Part shown: positions 8,841-19,610 of the stretch, piece by piece | How positions within the stretch are numbered: the first letter of the stretch is position 1 | Layout of the letters: each line of letters opens with the position of its first letter | Source: Longimicrobiales bacterium | Lineage (GTDB): Bacteria > Gemmatimonadota > Gemmatimonadetes > Longimicrobiales > Gaopeijiaceae | NCBI GenBank assembly: GCA_041690395.1 | Contig: JAWLHJ010000001.1 | Coordinates: 864,001-928,000 of the forward strand | Reading direction: 5' to 3' | DNA: 64,000 nucleotides | Translations under genes and position numbers: made by a program | The notes under the pieces: model-generated | What the model saw: the letters and a program-made list of their open reading frames with translations, nothing else | Databases searched by the model: none | What the model was told of the DNA's origin: nothing

Positions 8841-11090
8841 TCAGGCCCGCTCGATCAAGACCTCCGAGAACGGGATCGTCTCGGTCGCCAGCACGAACGC
8901 CGTCGTCGGTAGCCCGGCGGACATCCTCTGAAGGCGCTCGTAGTACCGGCGAAAGTCTTCACCCGGCTTCGCCATGCCGAGAAAGACGATGTCGGCTTCG
9001 GAGGACGCCTCCAGCAGGACTTCCCGGAAAGGACGCGAGCCCGCCACGATGACGTCCACCTTGACCTCGCCGATGCGCAGCTCCTCCATGACCGTCGGTA
9101 GGCTGGCTCGGGCGTCGCGGGCGCCGTCCTCGTTCCTGACGGCCACCTTCAGGTAGACGTCCGCGTCCTGCCAACGAATGTTCGTGCGGAGCAGGTAAGC
9201 CAGGAGGAGCATCAGCCCCCCGTTCGCCTGCAGCCCGCCCCACCAGACGTCGATCCGCTTGCGGCGGCCGAAGCCCCGGCCTTCCGGATCGCGAAGGATG
9301 ACGATGTTCCGGTCCTTCTCGTGGAAGGTCCTGATCATCTCGCAATACCGGTCGCGGCGCTCCTCATGCTCGCTGGATCCCAGCACGATCGTGTTCGGAA
9401 CGAGGTGCCCGAAGCCGTAGGCCTCGACGAGCCTCCTCGCTCCGGTGAAGACGTCGGGCGCCGTGACGATCCGGACGAAGGCGTGGACGCCCCGGCCCGC
9501 GAGGTCGTCGCGGATATCCCCCTCGGTCTCCGCCTGACGCCCGCTTTCGGCCGCGCCTTCGGGTAGCACGCTCGCGATCGTGACCAGGCCGCGGTTGTGG
9601 GTGATCGCGTTCGCGAAATCAACCAGCGGCCAACGATCGTCCGGACGTCCGGAGAACACCAGGGGATGGGGTCTCCAGTTCCGGGCGTCGTCGGTCTCGC
9701 CGAGATGCAGCAGCCCCGTGCGGATGAGCGCCAGCCAGATTCCGCTGCGCACGTCTCCCCAGGTTCCCTGGAGTCCGCGGCGCTGGAGCCAGACGAAGAC
9801 GCCGACCACGACCATGGCCGCCGCGACGGTGGCGAGCGCGTTGATCAGGAACATGACCACGAGACACCCGAGGGCTCCGGCCAGCGGGAACGCCCAGTGG
9901 ATCCGGAACGCCGGTCGGAACGAGGGGCTCTTCAGGAAGCCTTCGATGGCCGCCGCGACGTTCACCGTCATGTACGACGTCAGGAAGAACATCGTGAGGA
10001 TCGGGGCGACCGCGTTGAGGTCTCCGAAGTAGATCGCCACGAGGGCGACACCGAGCGTCACCACGGTCCCGATGCGCGGGGCGTCGTCGGCTCCGCTCCC
10101 TTTCCCCAGGAAGCGGAGGGGGCGCGGCAGCACGCCGTCCCGCGCGAGGGCCTGGAGCACGCGCGGGGCTCCCAGGATGCTGCCCATGGCGCTCGATAGC
10201 GTCGCGCCCCACGCGCCGAGCAGGATGAGCGGCCCCCAGAGTGCCATCCGGCGCATGACCAAGGGGTCCTCGATGAGCGTGGCGCTGTCGGCCCGGATGC
10301 TCAGGAAGTAGGGGAGCGCCATGTAGATGACGAAGCCCACCGCCAGCGCGGCCAGGGTGCCCCTGGGAATCGAGCGCGCCGGATCCTTCAGGTCGCCGGA
10401 CATGTTCACGCCCGCCTCGATGCCCGTGACGGCGGGGAAGAACACCGCGAACACGACCCAGAAGCCGACAGTGAGGCGGTCGGGCGCCGACCCTGTCAGG
10501 TCGAGCTCCGTGGGCTCGATGGGTCGGCCGAAGAGGAACGACAGGAGGGACAGGCCGATGACGATCATCACGACGTATTGCGAGCGGATCGCGAGATCGG
10601 CGGAGCGGATCGCCAGCCCGGCCACGACGATCGCCGAGGCGACGCCGACCCAACGCTGGTCGAGCCCCGGGAAGACGTCTCCCAGGATCTCGGCGAAGCC
10701 GATGATGTAGAGTGCCATCGACAGCGCGAGCGCGAAGTAGAGCGGAATGCCCACCGCCCCTCCGGTCTCGATGCCGAGCGACCGGCTGATCATGTAATAC
10801 GCCCCGCCGGTCCGGATGCGTCGATCCGTCGCGATGGAGGCCATCGACAGCGCCGTCAGCAGGGTGATCGTGGTGCACATGATCACGATGAGCCACGTCC
10901 CGAACAGGCCGACGTTGCCGACGACCCACCCGAACCGCAGGTACATGATCACGCCGAGGATCGTCAGGATCGACGGCGTGAACACGCCCCCGAAGGTCCC
11001 GAGGCCGGCTCCCTGTGAAGGCGATGCGATCGGCGGGTCGGGGTCGTTCTCGGGAGCGGGCGCCGCAGTCGTCGGTAGCGCTTTCTTCAT
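8841..11090 (-). CDS. cation-chloride cotransporter (SLC12/APC-like) permease
   Basis: GTFGGVFTPSILTILGVIMYLR, GGAYYMISRSLG, FPAVTGI, NWRP, IDVWW. Confidence 0.85.
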   Translation of the reverse strand: MKKALPTTAAPAPENDPDPPIASPSQGAGLGTFGGVFTPSILTILGVIMYLRFGWVVGNVGLFGTWLIVIMCTTITLLTALSMASIATDRRIRTGGAYYMISRSLGIETGGAVGIPLYFALALSMALYIIGFAEILGDVFPGLDQRWVGVASAIVVAGLAIRSADLAIRSQYVVMIVIGLSLLSFLFGRPIEPTELDLTGSAPDRLTVGFWVVFAVFFPAVTGIEAGVNMSGDLKDPARSIPRGTLAALAVGFVIYMALPYFLSIRADSATLIEDPLVMRRMALWGPLILLGAWGATLSSAMGSILGAPRVLQALARDGVLPRPLRFLGKGSGADDAPRIGTVVTLGVALVAIYFGDLNAVAPILTMFFLTSYMTVNVAAAIEGFLKSPSFRPAFRIHWAFPLAGALGCLVVMFLINALATVAAAMVVVGVFVWLQRRGLQGTWGDVRSGIWLALIRTGLLHLGETDDARNWRPHPLVFSGRPDDRWPLVDFANAITHNRGLVTIASVLPEGAAESGRQAETEGDIRDDLAGRGVHAFVRIVTAPDVFTGARRLVEAYGFGHLVPNTIVLGSSEHEERRDRYCEMIRTFHEKDRNIVILRDPEGRGFGRRKRIDVWWGGLQANGGLMLLLAYLLRTNIRWQDADVYLKVAVRNEDGARDARASLPTVMEELRIGEVKVDVIVAGSRPFREVLLEASSEADIVFLGMAKPGEDFRRYYERLQRMSAGLPTTAFVLATETIPFSEVLIERA

Positions 11091-11107
11091 CCGTGGAAGC
11101 TATCCGG

Positions 11108-12202
11108 TCATCCCGTTCGGGCGTACTCCCGCAGCTTCTGCACCTGATGCTCCTTGCCGAGAACGATCATGACGTCGCCCTCGGACAGCACCGTTCGGGG
11201 ACCCGGGTTGTACATCGGGTCTCCGCCGCCACTCGTCTGCAGTGCGATCACGACCAGGCCCGTGGCCTGGGGGATGCCCGCGTCGGCCAGCGTGCGACCC
11301 GCGAGAGGGGAGCCGGCGGGCAGGGTCGCCTCTTCGAGACGCAGGTCCAGGCCGGGACCTACCACGGCCGAATCCAGGAAGCTCACCACATGGGGCCGCA
11401 GAAGCGTCGAGGCCATGCGGATGCCTCCGGTGAGCGTGGGCGCGATCACGTGGTCGGCGCCCGCGCGTCGGAGGCGTTCGATGGACTCCTCGTCCGAGGC
11501 TCTCGCCACGGTCGAGATGCCCGGGTTGAGGTGCCGGGCGGTGAGGCAGACGAGGAGGTTGTCTCCGTCATCCGCGAGGCAGGCGGCCAGGCCCCGGGCC
11601 GTGTCGATCCGTGCGTCGGTGAGGGTGCGCTCCTTGGTGGCGTCCGCGGCGAGGACGAGAACGTCCGGGTAGGCCTCTTCCAGTGCTCGGGCTCGGTCCT
11701 CGTCTCGCTCGATGGCTACGACGGGGTATCCCGCGACGTGGATCTCGCGCAGCACCATGCGTCCGACCCTGCCGGCGCCGCAAACGATGTAGTGGTCCTT
11801 CAGATTCTGCATGCGCTTCATCTTTCGCCGCCTCCGCAGCGCGCCTCCGAGATCGAGCTCGACGATGAGGGCCGTCGTGAGCGCCCACCAGATGCCCAGT
11901 CCAGTGACACCCAGGGCGATGATGAACATGGCGAAGGTACGCCCCGGGACCCCCAGGGGGTGCACCTCCATGTAGCCGACCGACGTGACGGTGGTAACCG
12001 CCATGTAGAGCGACTCGAACCACGTCCACCCTTCGATGCTGCGGAACCCGACCGTGCCGATGGCGAAGACCACCAGGAAGTAGAGAAGCGCGAGGGTGAA
12101 GCGCAGGACGAACGGACGGAACGTTTCCGCGATCGACAACTGCTTCTGCCTGACCGCCTCTCTGGGGCTGGGCGATGCGGCTCGCTCGCGGGGCGTGGCC
12201 AA
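11108..12202 (-). CDS. potassium channel protein with TrkA-N/TrkA-C (RCK) domains
   Basis: TVTSVGY filter-like motif, IVCGAGRVG Rossmann motif; start may be slightly downstream. Confidence 0.85.
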   Translation of the reverse strand: MATPRERAASPSPREAVRQKQLSIAETFRPFVLRFTLALLYFLVVFAIGTVGFRSIEGWTWFESLYMAVTTVTSVGYMEVHPLGVPGRTFAMFIIALGVTGLGIWWALTTALIVELDLGGALRRRRKMKRMQNLKDHYIVCGAGRVGRMVLREIHVAGYPVVAIERDEDRARALEEAYPDVLVLAADATKERTLTDARIDTARGLAACLADDGDNLLVCLTARHLNPGISTVARASDEESIERLRRAGADHVIAPTLTGGIRMASTLLRPHVVSFLDSAVVGPGLDLRLEEATLPAGSPLAGRTLADAGIPQATGLVVIALQTSGGGDPMYNPGPRTVLSEGDVMIVLGKEHQVQKLREYARTG

Positions 12203-12240
12203 GGCGCGGCCTCAGATGCGGACGGGCGGGTCGGACGCGA

Positions 12241-13668
12241 TCAGGAGGTGGGCCTCCACCAGTCCGCCCGCTCGTCGGGTCCGGCCGGCCCGATGCGCCC
12301 ACGGGCCTGCTCGAGTAGAGAGCTCGGCTCGTAGGGCGTCCCCGCCCGCAGTACGAGCGCCACGTGGCGGGTGCTCTGGATGTCCGCCAACGGATCGCCG
12401 TCGACCACGAACAAGTCGGCCCACTTCCCGGGCTCGATCGTTCCGATCTCGTCCTCCATCTTCACCGCGCGCGCCGCATTGATCGTCCCGGCCCGGAGGG
12501 CGGCGATCGGAGGAAGGCCGGCCAGCACCATGGCGTGCAGCTCCCGGTGCGCCGAGAAGCCCGCGAGGTACTCACCGGCGCTCGGGTTGTCCGTGCCGAG
12601 TGTGATCCAGGGGCCGCCGCCCGCGTTGTAGAACGCGAGCAGGCCGCGCTTCATGGACTCGTACAGGTTCGACATGAGCTCGCTCGAGCGCGGCTCCCGC
12701 TCCGCGACGATCTCCTGGACGTACGGGGTGAAGAGCGCGGGCTCGTCGAACCAGAAGTCGAAGCCCTCGACCTTCTCGGTCAGGTAGATCGGAGCGGTGA
12801 CGGTCGGGTCATAGTAGACCTCGTTGTCCAGAAAGAGCTGGACGGTTCGGCGGAAGTCGGCGGACGCGGTGTCCACCTGGTTCCAGACCGGATACGCCGA
12901 CTGCTCCCGGTCGAGCACGTATCCGCCGAGGATGTGCTCGATACGGTCGATGCCCGCGTCGATGGCGTCGACCGAGTTGGTCGAGCCACGCGCCCCGGAG
13001 TCGACGTGGCCGGTCACCGTGCCGCCGTGGTGGTGCGCCCTCTCCACCAGCGCGCGGATATGCTCCGGGCCCGCGTTCTTGGCCTTGAAGTGGCGGACGC
13101 CTTCGGCCCACAGCGAATCGACCTCCGCGTGGATCTGCTCCGCGGTGATGTCCGGATCCCAGTCGGGGCGTGTCGCGCCGAAGTACTGGCCCGACCGTAG
13201 CAGCCTGGGCCCGACCTGCTCTCCCGATTCCAGACGCTCCTGGAGGGCCCGCATGACCTCCGGATAGTACTCGCCGGCCGGAAACGTCGTGGTGACGCCG
13301 TTGGCCAGGAAGACGAGCGGGTTGTAGCGCGTCTCCTCGACCCGCCCGTCTCCGGTGAGGTCCATGTTGTAGTGCGCGTGCAGGTCGATCAGCCCGGGGA
13401 GGAGCGTCTGCCCGTCCGCAAGCTCGATCAGCGTCGGCTCCACGCCTTCCGGAGCCCCCGCGCCGTCCTCGCCCACGCGGGCGATCCTCCCGTCCGGCGC
13501 GATGAGCACGCCGGGGTTCGGAATCCGCTCGCCGGCTTCGATGTCCACCAGCCATCCCCCTTCGATGGAGCGCCAGGCCGATGCGTCGTCGGACGTATCA
13601 CCGGACGGGGCGCCGCACGCGCTCAGGACGACCGCCGACGTGACGAGGAACCACGAATGCTTCTTCAT
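12241..13668 (-). CDS. amidohydrolase family lipoprotein
   Basis: PGLIDLHAH, GTDNP, GTIEPGKWADL; LSAC lipobox. Confidence 0.85.
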   Translation of the reverse strand: MKKHSWFLVTSAVVLSACGAPSGDTSDDASAWRSIEGGWLVDIEAGERIPNPGVLIAPDGRIARVGEDGAGAPEGVEPTLIELADGQTLLPGLIDLHAHYNMDLTGDGRVEETRYNPLVFLANGVTTTFPAGEYYPEVMRALQERLESGEQVGPRLLRSGQYFGATRPDWDPDITAEQIHAEVDSLWAEGVRHFKAKNAGPEHIRALVERAHHHGGTVTGHVDSGARGSTNSVDAIDAGIDRIEHILGGYVLDREQSAYPVWNQVDTASADFRRTVQLFLDNEVYYDPTVTAPIYLTEKVEGFDFWFDEPALFTPYVQEIVAEREPRSSELMSNLYESMKRGLLAFYNAGGGPWITLGTDNPSAGEYLAGFSAHRELHAMVLAGLPPIAALRAGTINAARAVKMEDEIGTIEPGKWADLFVVDGDPLADIQSTRHVALVLRAGTPYEPSSLLEQARGRIGPAGPDERADWWRPTS

Positions 13669-13809
13669 ACCCTGTTGGACTCCCTGGGGAACATGCCGTA
13701 CCGGCACATATTATCACACATTCGCCGTTCCGATGCCCGTTGCGGCACTCCGTGGGGCACGGGCATGTTGGGCCGCACGCCGAACCCTCCCAGCACGAAG
13801 AGGAAGTCC

Positions 13810-16194
13810 ATGCAGAAGCGTACGATCCTGGCCGTCACGCTGACCGTCGTGACGACGTTGGCGACCGCTCCCGGGGCTGCGTCCCAGGAGCCGAACTTCG
13901 GCCGGGCCGTGGCGATGTCCGGCGCGGATCTGCTCATCGGGCAGCCGGTGAACTGGTACGGTCCGGGGGCCGTGTACGCGTATCGGCTGGACGCCTCGGG
14001 CGATTGGGCCGAGCAGTCGATGCTGACCGCCTCCGACTCGGCCCGGATGGACGACTTCGGCCGCGCGCTGGCTCTGGACGGGAACACCCTGGTGGTCGGT
14101 GCGCCGCGCAAGCGGGACGGAGCGGGCGTCGCGTACGTGTTCGAGCGGCCCGGTGCGGACGGCGCCTGGACCGAGACCCGTGTGCTCGAGCCGCCGCGAG
14201 GAGGCGACCACGCCGACTACGCGGCCGCGCTGGCGCTCTCGGGCGACGACCTCCTGATCGGCTCGCCGGCCGTGGACGGGACCGGGGTCGTCTATCATTT
14301 CCGGCGTGAGGGAGGCGCTTGGGGTCTCCTGGGGACGATCCGTCCCCCCGCCGGAGACGGGGCGGTGGCGTTCGGTCGCTCGCTCGGTCTGGACGACGGT
14401 CGTCTCCTGGTCGGCGCACCCGTCGCGGATTCGGCGCGGGGTCGCGTGTACGCCGTGAGCCGGACCGCGGACGGTGGGTGGAGTGAGCCCCGCGCGGTGG
14501 AGCTCGGAGCGGACGCGCTGGCGCCAGGCTCGGCGGCGGGTTGGGCGATCGAGGTCCGTGGTGACCGGGCGTATGCCGGAGCGCCGGGGGCCGCGCGGGT
14601 GTTCGCGCTCGAGATCGGCGGCTCGGGGGACTGGACGCTGGCCGCGACCCTCCAACCCGACGCGGCGCCGCGGGGATCCCAGTTCGGATACTCGGTCGCG
14701 AGCGTAGGCGACGAGGTATGGGTCGGCGCACCCGGTGAGCAAGGCTCGGACGGGCGGGTGTACCGGTTCACCGAGGGCGCCGGTGGGTGGGGTGCGGCCG
14801 CGCGCCTCGATCCCGACCAGACCGACGGCACCTCCTGGCCGCTCGGCTTCGGATACGCCATCGCCGCGTCGGGTGATGCGGCGCTCGTGAGCATGCCGAC
14901 CCGCGACTTCGGTGAGGGCCGGGCCATGGCCCTCGCCCGCGCCGCCGGTGAATGGACGCCCGAGCAGATCCTCGAGGGGCGGATCTTCCGGATCGGGAGC
15001 GGGCTCGAGACGGGCGATCGCTGCGAGGAAGGGCGGATGGGAGAGTTCGGATGCACGAACATGGAGCTCGTCGCGCACATGCCCATCAGCGACCTCGGGG
15101 GAGAGCGCGGCGTGTGGGTCAACGACGTCTGGGGGTGGACGGATCCCGAGACGGGGCGCGACTACGCGCTCGTGGCCCGACGTGACGGTGCGTCGTTCGT
15201 CGACGTGACCGATCCCGCGATGCCCCGCCTCGTGGGCAACCTGCCCCGGACCGACGGATCACGACCCTCCGTCTGGCGGGACATCAAGGTGATCGACCAG
15301 TACGCCTACATCGTGTCGGACGGCGCGGGCGCACACGGCATGCAGGTCTTCGACCTGGGCCGGCTTCGTGAGGTGGGGAGCGAGCCCGTGGACTTCGAGC
15401 CCGACACGACCTACCGCGAGATCTTCAGCGCGCACAACGTGGTGGCGGATACGGCGTCGAAGTTCCTTTACATCGTGGGCGCCAACAGCGGGGGCCAGAC
15501 CTGTGGGGGTGGCCTGCACATCGTCGACGCGACGAGTCCGCTCACGCCCAGCTTCGCGGGGTGCTACCACGACGCCTCGAGCCCGAACGCGAGAGGCTAC
15601 ACGCACGACGCCCAGTGCCTCATCTACGAGGGGCCGGACGAGCAATACCGCGGCCGTCAGATCTGCGTCGGCTCGAACGAGTCGGAGATCAACATCGCCG
15701 ACGTGACGGACAAGTCGAATCCGGTCACGCTGGCGCGCATGAGCTACCCCAACGTGGCCTACGCGCACCAGGGGTGGTTCGACGAGGAGCAGCGCTACTT
15801 CTACATGAACGACGAGACGGACGAGATGTCCGGGAACGTCGAGGGGACCCGCACCATCGTCTGGGACCTCACGGAGCTGGACGACCCCATCGTGGCGAAC
15901 GAGTACATCGGGCCCGTAATGGCGTCCGACCACAACCTGTACGTCGTGGGTGACCGGATGTACCAGTCGAACTACGGGAGCGGGCTACGGGTGCTCGACA
16001 TCACGAACCGCACCAACCCGCACGAGATCGCTTTCTTCGACAGCGCGCCGTACAACGACGATGGCCCGGGCCACAGCGCGACCCAGAGCGGGGCGTGGAG
16101 CAACTACCCGTTCTTCGAGGACAACCTCGTGATCTTCACCAGCGTGCGTGAGGGGCTCTTCATCATGCGGGTGTCGCCTCCGCCGATGAGCTGA
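13810..16194 (+). CDS. choice-of-anchor B family secreted protein with FG-GAP repeats
   Basis: FG-GAP-like LVVGAP repeats; NDVWGWTDPETGRDYA, WRDIK, YTHDAQC, HQGW, GAWSNYPFF. Confidence 0.85.
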   Translation: MQKRTILAVTLTVVTTLATAPGAASQEPNFGRAVAMSGADLLIGQPVNWYGPGAVYAYRLDASGDWAEQSMLTASDSARMDDFGRALALDGNTLVVGAPRKRDGAGVAYVFERPGADGAWTETRVLEPPRGGDHADYAAALALSGDDLLIGSPAVDGTGVVYHFRREGGAWGLLGTIRPPAGDGAVAFGRSLGLDDGRLLVGAPVADSARGRVYAVSRTADGGWSEPRAVELGADALAPGSAAGWAIEVRGDRAYAGAPGAARVFALEIGGSGDWTLAATLQPDAAPRGSQFGYSVASVGDEVWVGAPGEQGSDGRVYRFTEGAGGWGAAARLDPDQTDGTSWPLGFGYAIAASGDAALVSMPTRDFGEGRAMALARAAGEWTPEQILEGRIFRIGSGLETGDRCEEGRMGEFGCTNMELVAHMPISDLGGERGVWVNDVWGWTDPETGRDYALVARRDGASFVDVTDPAMPRLVGNLPRTDGSRPSVWRDIKVIDQYAYIVSDGAGAHGMQVFDLGRLREVGSEPVDFEPDTTYREIFSAHNVVADTASKFLYIVGANSGGQTCGGGLHIVDATSPLTPSFAGCYHDASSPNARGYTHDAQCLIYEGPDEQYRGRQICVGSNESEINIADVTDKSNPVTLARMSYPNVAYAHQGWFDEEQRYFYMNDETDEMSGNVEGTRTIVWDLTELDDPIVANEYIGPVMASDHNLYVVGDRMYQSNYGSGLRVLDITNRTNPHEIAFFDSAPYNDDGPGHSATQSGAWSNYPFFEDNLVIFTSVREGLFIMRVSPPPMS

Positions 16195-16233
16195 CCGGGG
16201 AGGGCGGAGCGCCGTCTCTCTCGAGCTGAACCG

Positions 16234-16269
16234 AAAACGGCCGGCGCGGGTCCATCCCGCGCCGGCCGT
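16234..16269 (-). terminator. intrinsic terminator between convergent genes
   Basis: ACGGCCGGCGCGGG/CCCGCGCCGGCCGT stem with T run on minus strand. Confidence 0.7.
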
Positions 16270-16308
16270 CCGGTCATCTGGGGAGGTTGTATTCGGGGGA
16301 AGCGCGGA

Positions 16309-16746
16309 TCAGCCCTGAACTTCGGCGAGCGCTTCCTCGAACCGGGCGCGGACGTTCTCGTCCGTGTTGATGAGCTGGACCATCTGCTGGTACTGATCGA
16401 CCGAAAGCCCATGGTCCTGGAGCACGGTCTGCATCTCGTTCGTAGCCTCGGCCTGGATCTGATTCTGCTCCTCGGGCGTTGGTGCGGCCTGGGCTCTCGC
16501 GTCGGCGTCACTCTGCAGCTCGTTGAGCGCCACGTAGACCTCGGCCATCGTCTCGATGTCCGCGTCGCTCAGCTCCGCGCCTGGTTGCGCGCCGGGCATC
16601 TGGCCCGGCTGTTCAGCCGGCTGGCCCTCCATGCCGGGGCCGCCGCCGCCGGGCATCGACTGATCGCCTGGCTGACACGCGAGGAAGAGAGGAAGTGCCA
16701 GGAAGAGGGCCGGTGAGACGAACGCTTTCAGCTTCGATGCGCTCAT
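16309..16746 (-). CDS. DUF4168-like lipoprotein
   Basis: FLAC lipobox, Q/P-rich linker, IQAEATNEMQTVLQDHGLSVDQY. Confidence 0.7.
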   Translation of the reverse strand: MSASKLKAFVSPALFLALPLFLACQPGDQSMPGGGGPGMEGQPAEQPGQMPGAQPGAELSDADIETMAEVYVALNELQSDADARAQAAPTPEEQNQIQAEATNEMQTVLQDHGLSVDQYQQMVQLINTDENVRARFEEALAEVQG

Positions 16747-16933
16747 GTGTGCTCCCGTGCTGCTCGTGGAGCACCCCCAGGCCAAGGCTCGGAGCCGCCG
16801 GATCGGCTCCACGAAAGGAAAATTGACGCCTTTCCATATGAACCTCGGCGCTCGATGTTCCGTCGGACATCCAGCTCCCCTTCCCGCAGTGCCAACACGG
16901 GATCCATACTTGCGCGCCGCGCGGTCCCGACCC

Positions 16934-19606
16934 TCACTCGCTGTTGAGCACCGTGACCGGGTCGACCCGGCTCGCCCGCCAGCCGGGCACGAGCGCCGCC
17001 GCGGCCGCGACGACGAGCAGTAGCGCCGCCACCCCCGCGAACGTCACCGGATCCGACGGCTCGATCTCGTAGAGGGCCGAAGAGAGCGCACCGCTCGACA
17101 GGCTGGCCACGGCCAACCCGACCACGAGGCCCGCGACGACCGCGGCCAGGCTCCCACGAAGCGCGGAACCGAGGACCTCCACTCGCGACGCGCCGAGCGC
17201 GATCCGGACCCCGAACTCCGCCGAGCGACGGCCAACCCCATAGGCGGTCACGCCGAAGACACCGATCGACGCGAGGAGGAGCGCCAGCGCCCCGAACGCT
17301 CCCAGGACGGTCGCGAGGAAACGGGTAGTGGCGGCCGACCGGTCGACGACGCTCGACAGCTCCTCGACACCCGTGATGGGCACGTCGGCGTCGACGGCCC
17401 AGACGGCCTCACGAACGTCGGCCGTCCGAGCGAGTGGCTCGTCTCCGCCCCGCATGCGCGCCACGACCCAGAACGACATATTCCACGTCATCTGCGCGTG
17501 CGTGAAATACATCTCGGGTCGGGGCTCGATGCCCAGACCTTGCTGACGAACATCGTTCACCACCCCGACGACCTGGTGGGGATCCCCCTCCGTGGACAGC
17601 ACGCGGAGCTCCTTGCCCACGGCATCCTGGCCGGGCCAGAAGCGGTCGGCGAACGCCTGGTTCACGACTACGGCCGGTAGAGCGTCCGCGCCGTCCGTCT
17701 CCGTCAGCGTGCGGCCCCCGAGGAGGGACATGCCGACGGTCTCGAAGTAGCCGGGCCAGACCACCCGGAAGTTGATCGAGGGGATGACCCGTCCCGGCCC
17801 CACCTCCTGTCCCTCGATGAAGGTCGGGAAGCTCCAGTTGTTCGTGGTGCCCGGCAGCAGGTGGATCGCCGACGCGGTCTCGACCCCCGGCACCGCACGT
17901 ACGCGCTCGAGCACCTGAGCGTAGTACTGATGGAACGCCTCACCGTCCGGGTAGCGCCCCTCCGGCGGACTGGGCTGCAGGACGAGCACGCCCGCGCCGT
18001 CGAGCCCCGGATCCTCGGAGGTCATGCGGTGGAGCGAGCGCAGCATGAGCCCGGAGCCGACGACGACCACTACCGCGAGCGCGATCTCGGCGCCCACCAG
18101 GCTGGTCGTGAGCCTCGAGCGTCGACGCCCGCTGGTCGAGCGACCGGCCCCGCCGAGGGTCGCGGTCGCGTCCACCCGGCTCGCTCGGAGCGCGGGCACG
18201 AGGCCGGCCCCGAGGGAGGCCAGCGCGGTGGCGGCGAGGGCGTACCCGAGCACGAGCCCGTCCACGCCGATCTCGTCGAGCCGGGGGAAAGCCGGAGGCG
18301 CGAGTCGGACCACCAGGCGCACCAGGCCGAAGGAGAGGAGGATACCCGCCATCCCACCGGCGAGGCCCGCCAGTCCGGTCTCCACGAGGAGCATCCGGGT
18401 GACGCGCGCCCGTCCCGCGCCGAGCGCCGCGCGCACCGCGAGGTCGCCCTGTCGGGCTTCGCCGCGGGCGAGGAGGAGGTTGGCCACGTTGGCGCAGGCG
18501 ATGAGCAGGACGAGCGAGACCGCGCCCAGGGCCACCCACATGACCGGGCCGACCGCGCCCGCCTTCTGGGTACGGAGCGGCGTGACAGCCGCGGTCTCGA
18601 CCCGCGACGCCTGGATCGTCTGATCCATGCGCGCCTGGATGCCCCGCGCGAAAGCGCGGACCTGCTCGGTCGCCTGCTCCAGGGTCGCCCCTGGCGCGAG
18701 GCGGGCCACGCGGTCGTTCACGTGCCAGGTCTCGTCGTCCTCCACGGGCGTGCCGGCGGCAAGGGCCAGCGGGATCCAGACGTCCGGATCACCGCGCACC
18801 GGACGGAAGTCGGGCGACATCACTCCGATGACGGTCCGCCGTGGATGGTCGTTGGACGCGAGCTCCACCGTGCGCCCCACCACGTCCGGGTCGGCACCGA
18901 ACGCTCGGACCCACAGCTCGTGCGAGAGGATGGCCACGGCGTCCGCGCCGGGAACACCCTCCTCGAGCGTGAAGTCTCGGCCGAGCGCCGGGCGCACTCC
19001 GAGGGTCCGGAAATGCCCCGGTGAGACCTTCGCACCCTCGATCTGGAGGGGCTCGCCCTCACCGGTCAGCGTGAGGGCCCAGCCGCTGATCCCCGAGACG
19101 GTCTCCAGCGCGGGAGCCGCCTCCTGGAGATCGCGCACCATGGCCGTGTTGAAGTTCTGTTCCGGCCAGACCGCTACGAGCCGCTCCGGCTCGTCGTAGG
19201 GAAGCGGCTTGAGCAGCACGGCGCTCACGACCGAGAACGTCGCCGTCGCCGTGCCTATGCCGAGCGCGAGCGTGCCCACGACCATCGCTGTGAGCATCGG
19301 GGTCCGCGCCAGCGTGCGGACGGCCTGTCCGAGATCCTGCGTCCAGCGATCCATGCCTCCCCTCCTCCCCTTGTAGATCCACCCAGTCAGTCGCTTCCAG
19401 CGCTCCACGAGCGCCGCGGCCAGCACGTCCGTGCAGGCACGTATCCATATACGCCCCCGGGACCACCGCCCCGGGGCTCTCTCCAGGCGCCCTCGTAGGA
19501 GCTCCTCCATGTCGTGGCCGAACGGTCCACGAATCGTGCGCGGCAACAACAGCAGGAGCGCGCGGTAGCCGCGCATACCCACGCTGCTCGGTTCCTGGTC
19601 ACCCAC
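16934..19606 (-). CDS. ABC transporter permease, ADOP-like duplicated MacB/FtsX
   Basis: TLALGIGTATATFSVV, LLIACANVANLLLARG, EFGVRIALGA. Confidence 0.9.
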   Translation of the reverse strand: MGDQEPSSVGMRGYRALLLLLPRTIRGPFGHDMEELLRGRLERAPGRWSRGRIWIRACTDVLAAALVERWKRLTGWIYKGRRGGMDRWTQDLGQAVRTLARTPMLTAMVVGTLALGIGTATATFSVVSAVLLKPLPYDEPERLVAVWPEQNFNTAMVRDLQEAAPALETVSGISGWALTLTGEGEPLQIEGAKVSPGHFRTLGVRPALGRDFTLEEGVPGADAVAILSHELWVRAFGADPDVVGRTVELASNDHPRRTVIGVMSPDFRPVRGDPDVWIPLALAAGTPVEDDETWHVNDRVARLAPGATLEQATEQVRAFARGIQARMDQTIQASRVETAAVTPLRTQKAGAVGPVMWVALGAVSLVLLIACANVANLLLARGEARQGDLAVRAALGAGRARVTRMLLVETGLAGLAGGMAGILLSFGLVRLVVRLAPPAFPRLDEIGVDGLVLGYALAATALASLGAGLVPALRASRVDATATLGGAGRSTSGRRRSRLTTSLVGAEIALAVVVVVGSGLMLRSLHRMTSEDPGLDGAGVLVLQPSPPEGRYPDGEAFHQYYAQVLERVRAVPGVETASAIHLLPGTTNNWSFPTFIEGQEVGPGRVIPSINFRVVWPGYFETVGMSLLGGRTLTETDGADALPAVVVNQAFADRFWPGQDAVGKELRVLSTEGDPHQVVGVVNDVRQQGLGIEPRPEMYFTHAQMTWNMSFWVVARMRGGDEPLARTADVREAVWAVDADVPITGVEELSSVVDRSAATTRFLATVLGAFGALALLLASIGVFGVTAYGVGRRSAEFGVRIALGASRVEVLGSALRGSLAAVVAGLVVGLAVASLSSGALSSALYEIEPSDPVTFAGVAALLLVVAAAAALVPGWRASRVDPVTVLNSE

Positions 19607-19610
19607 GATG

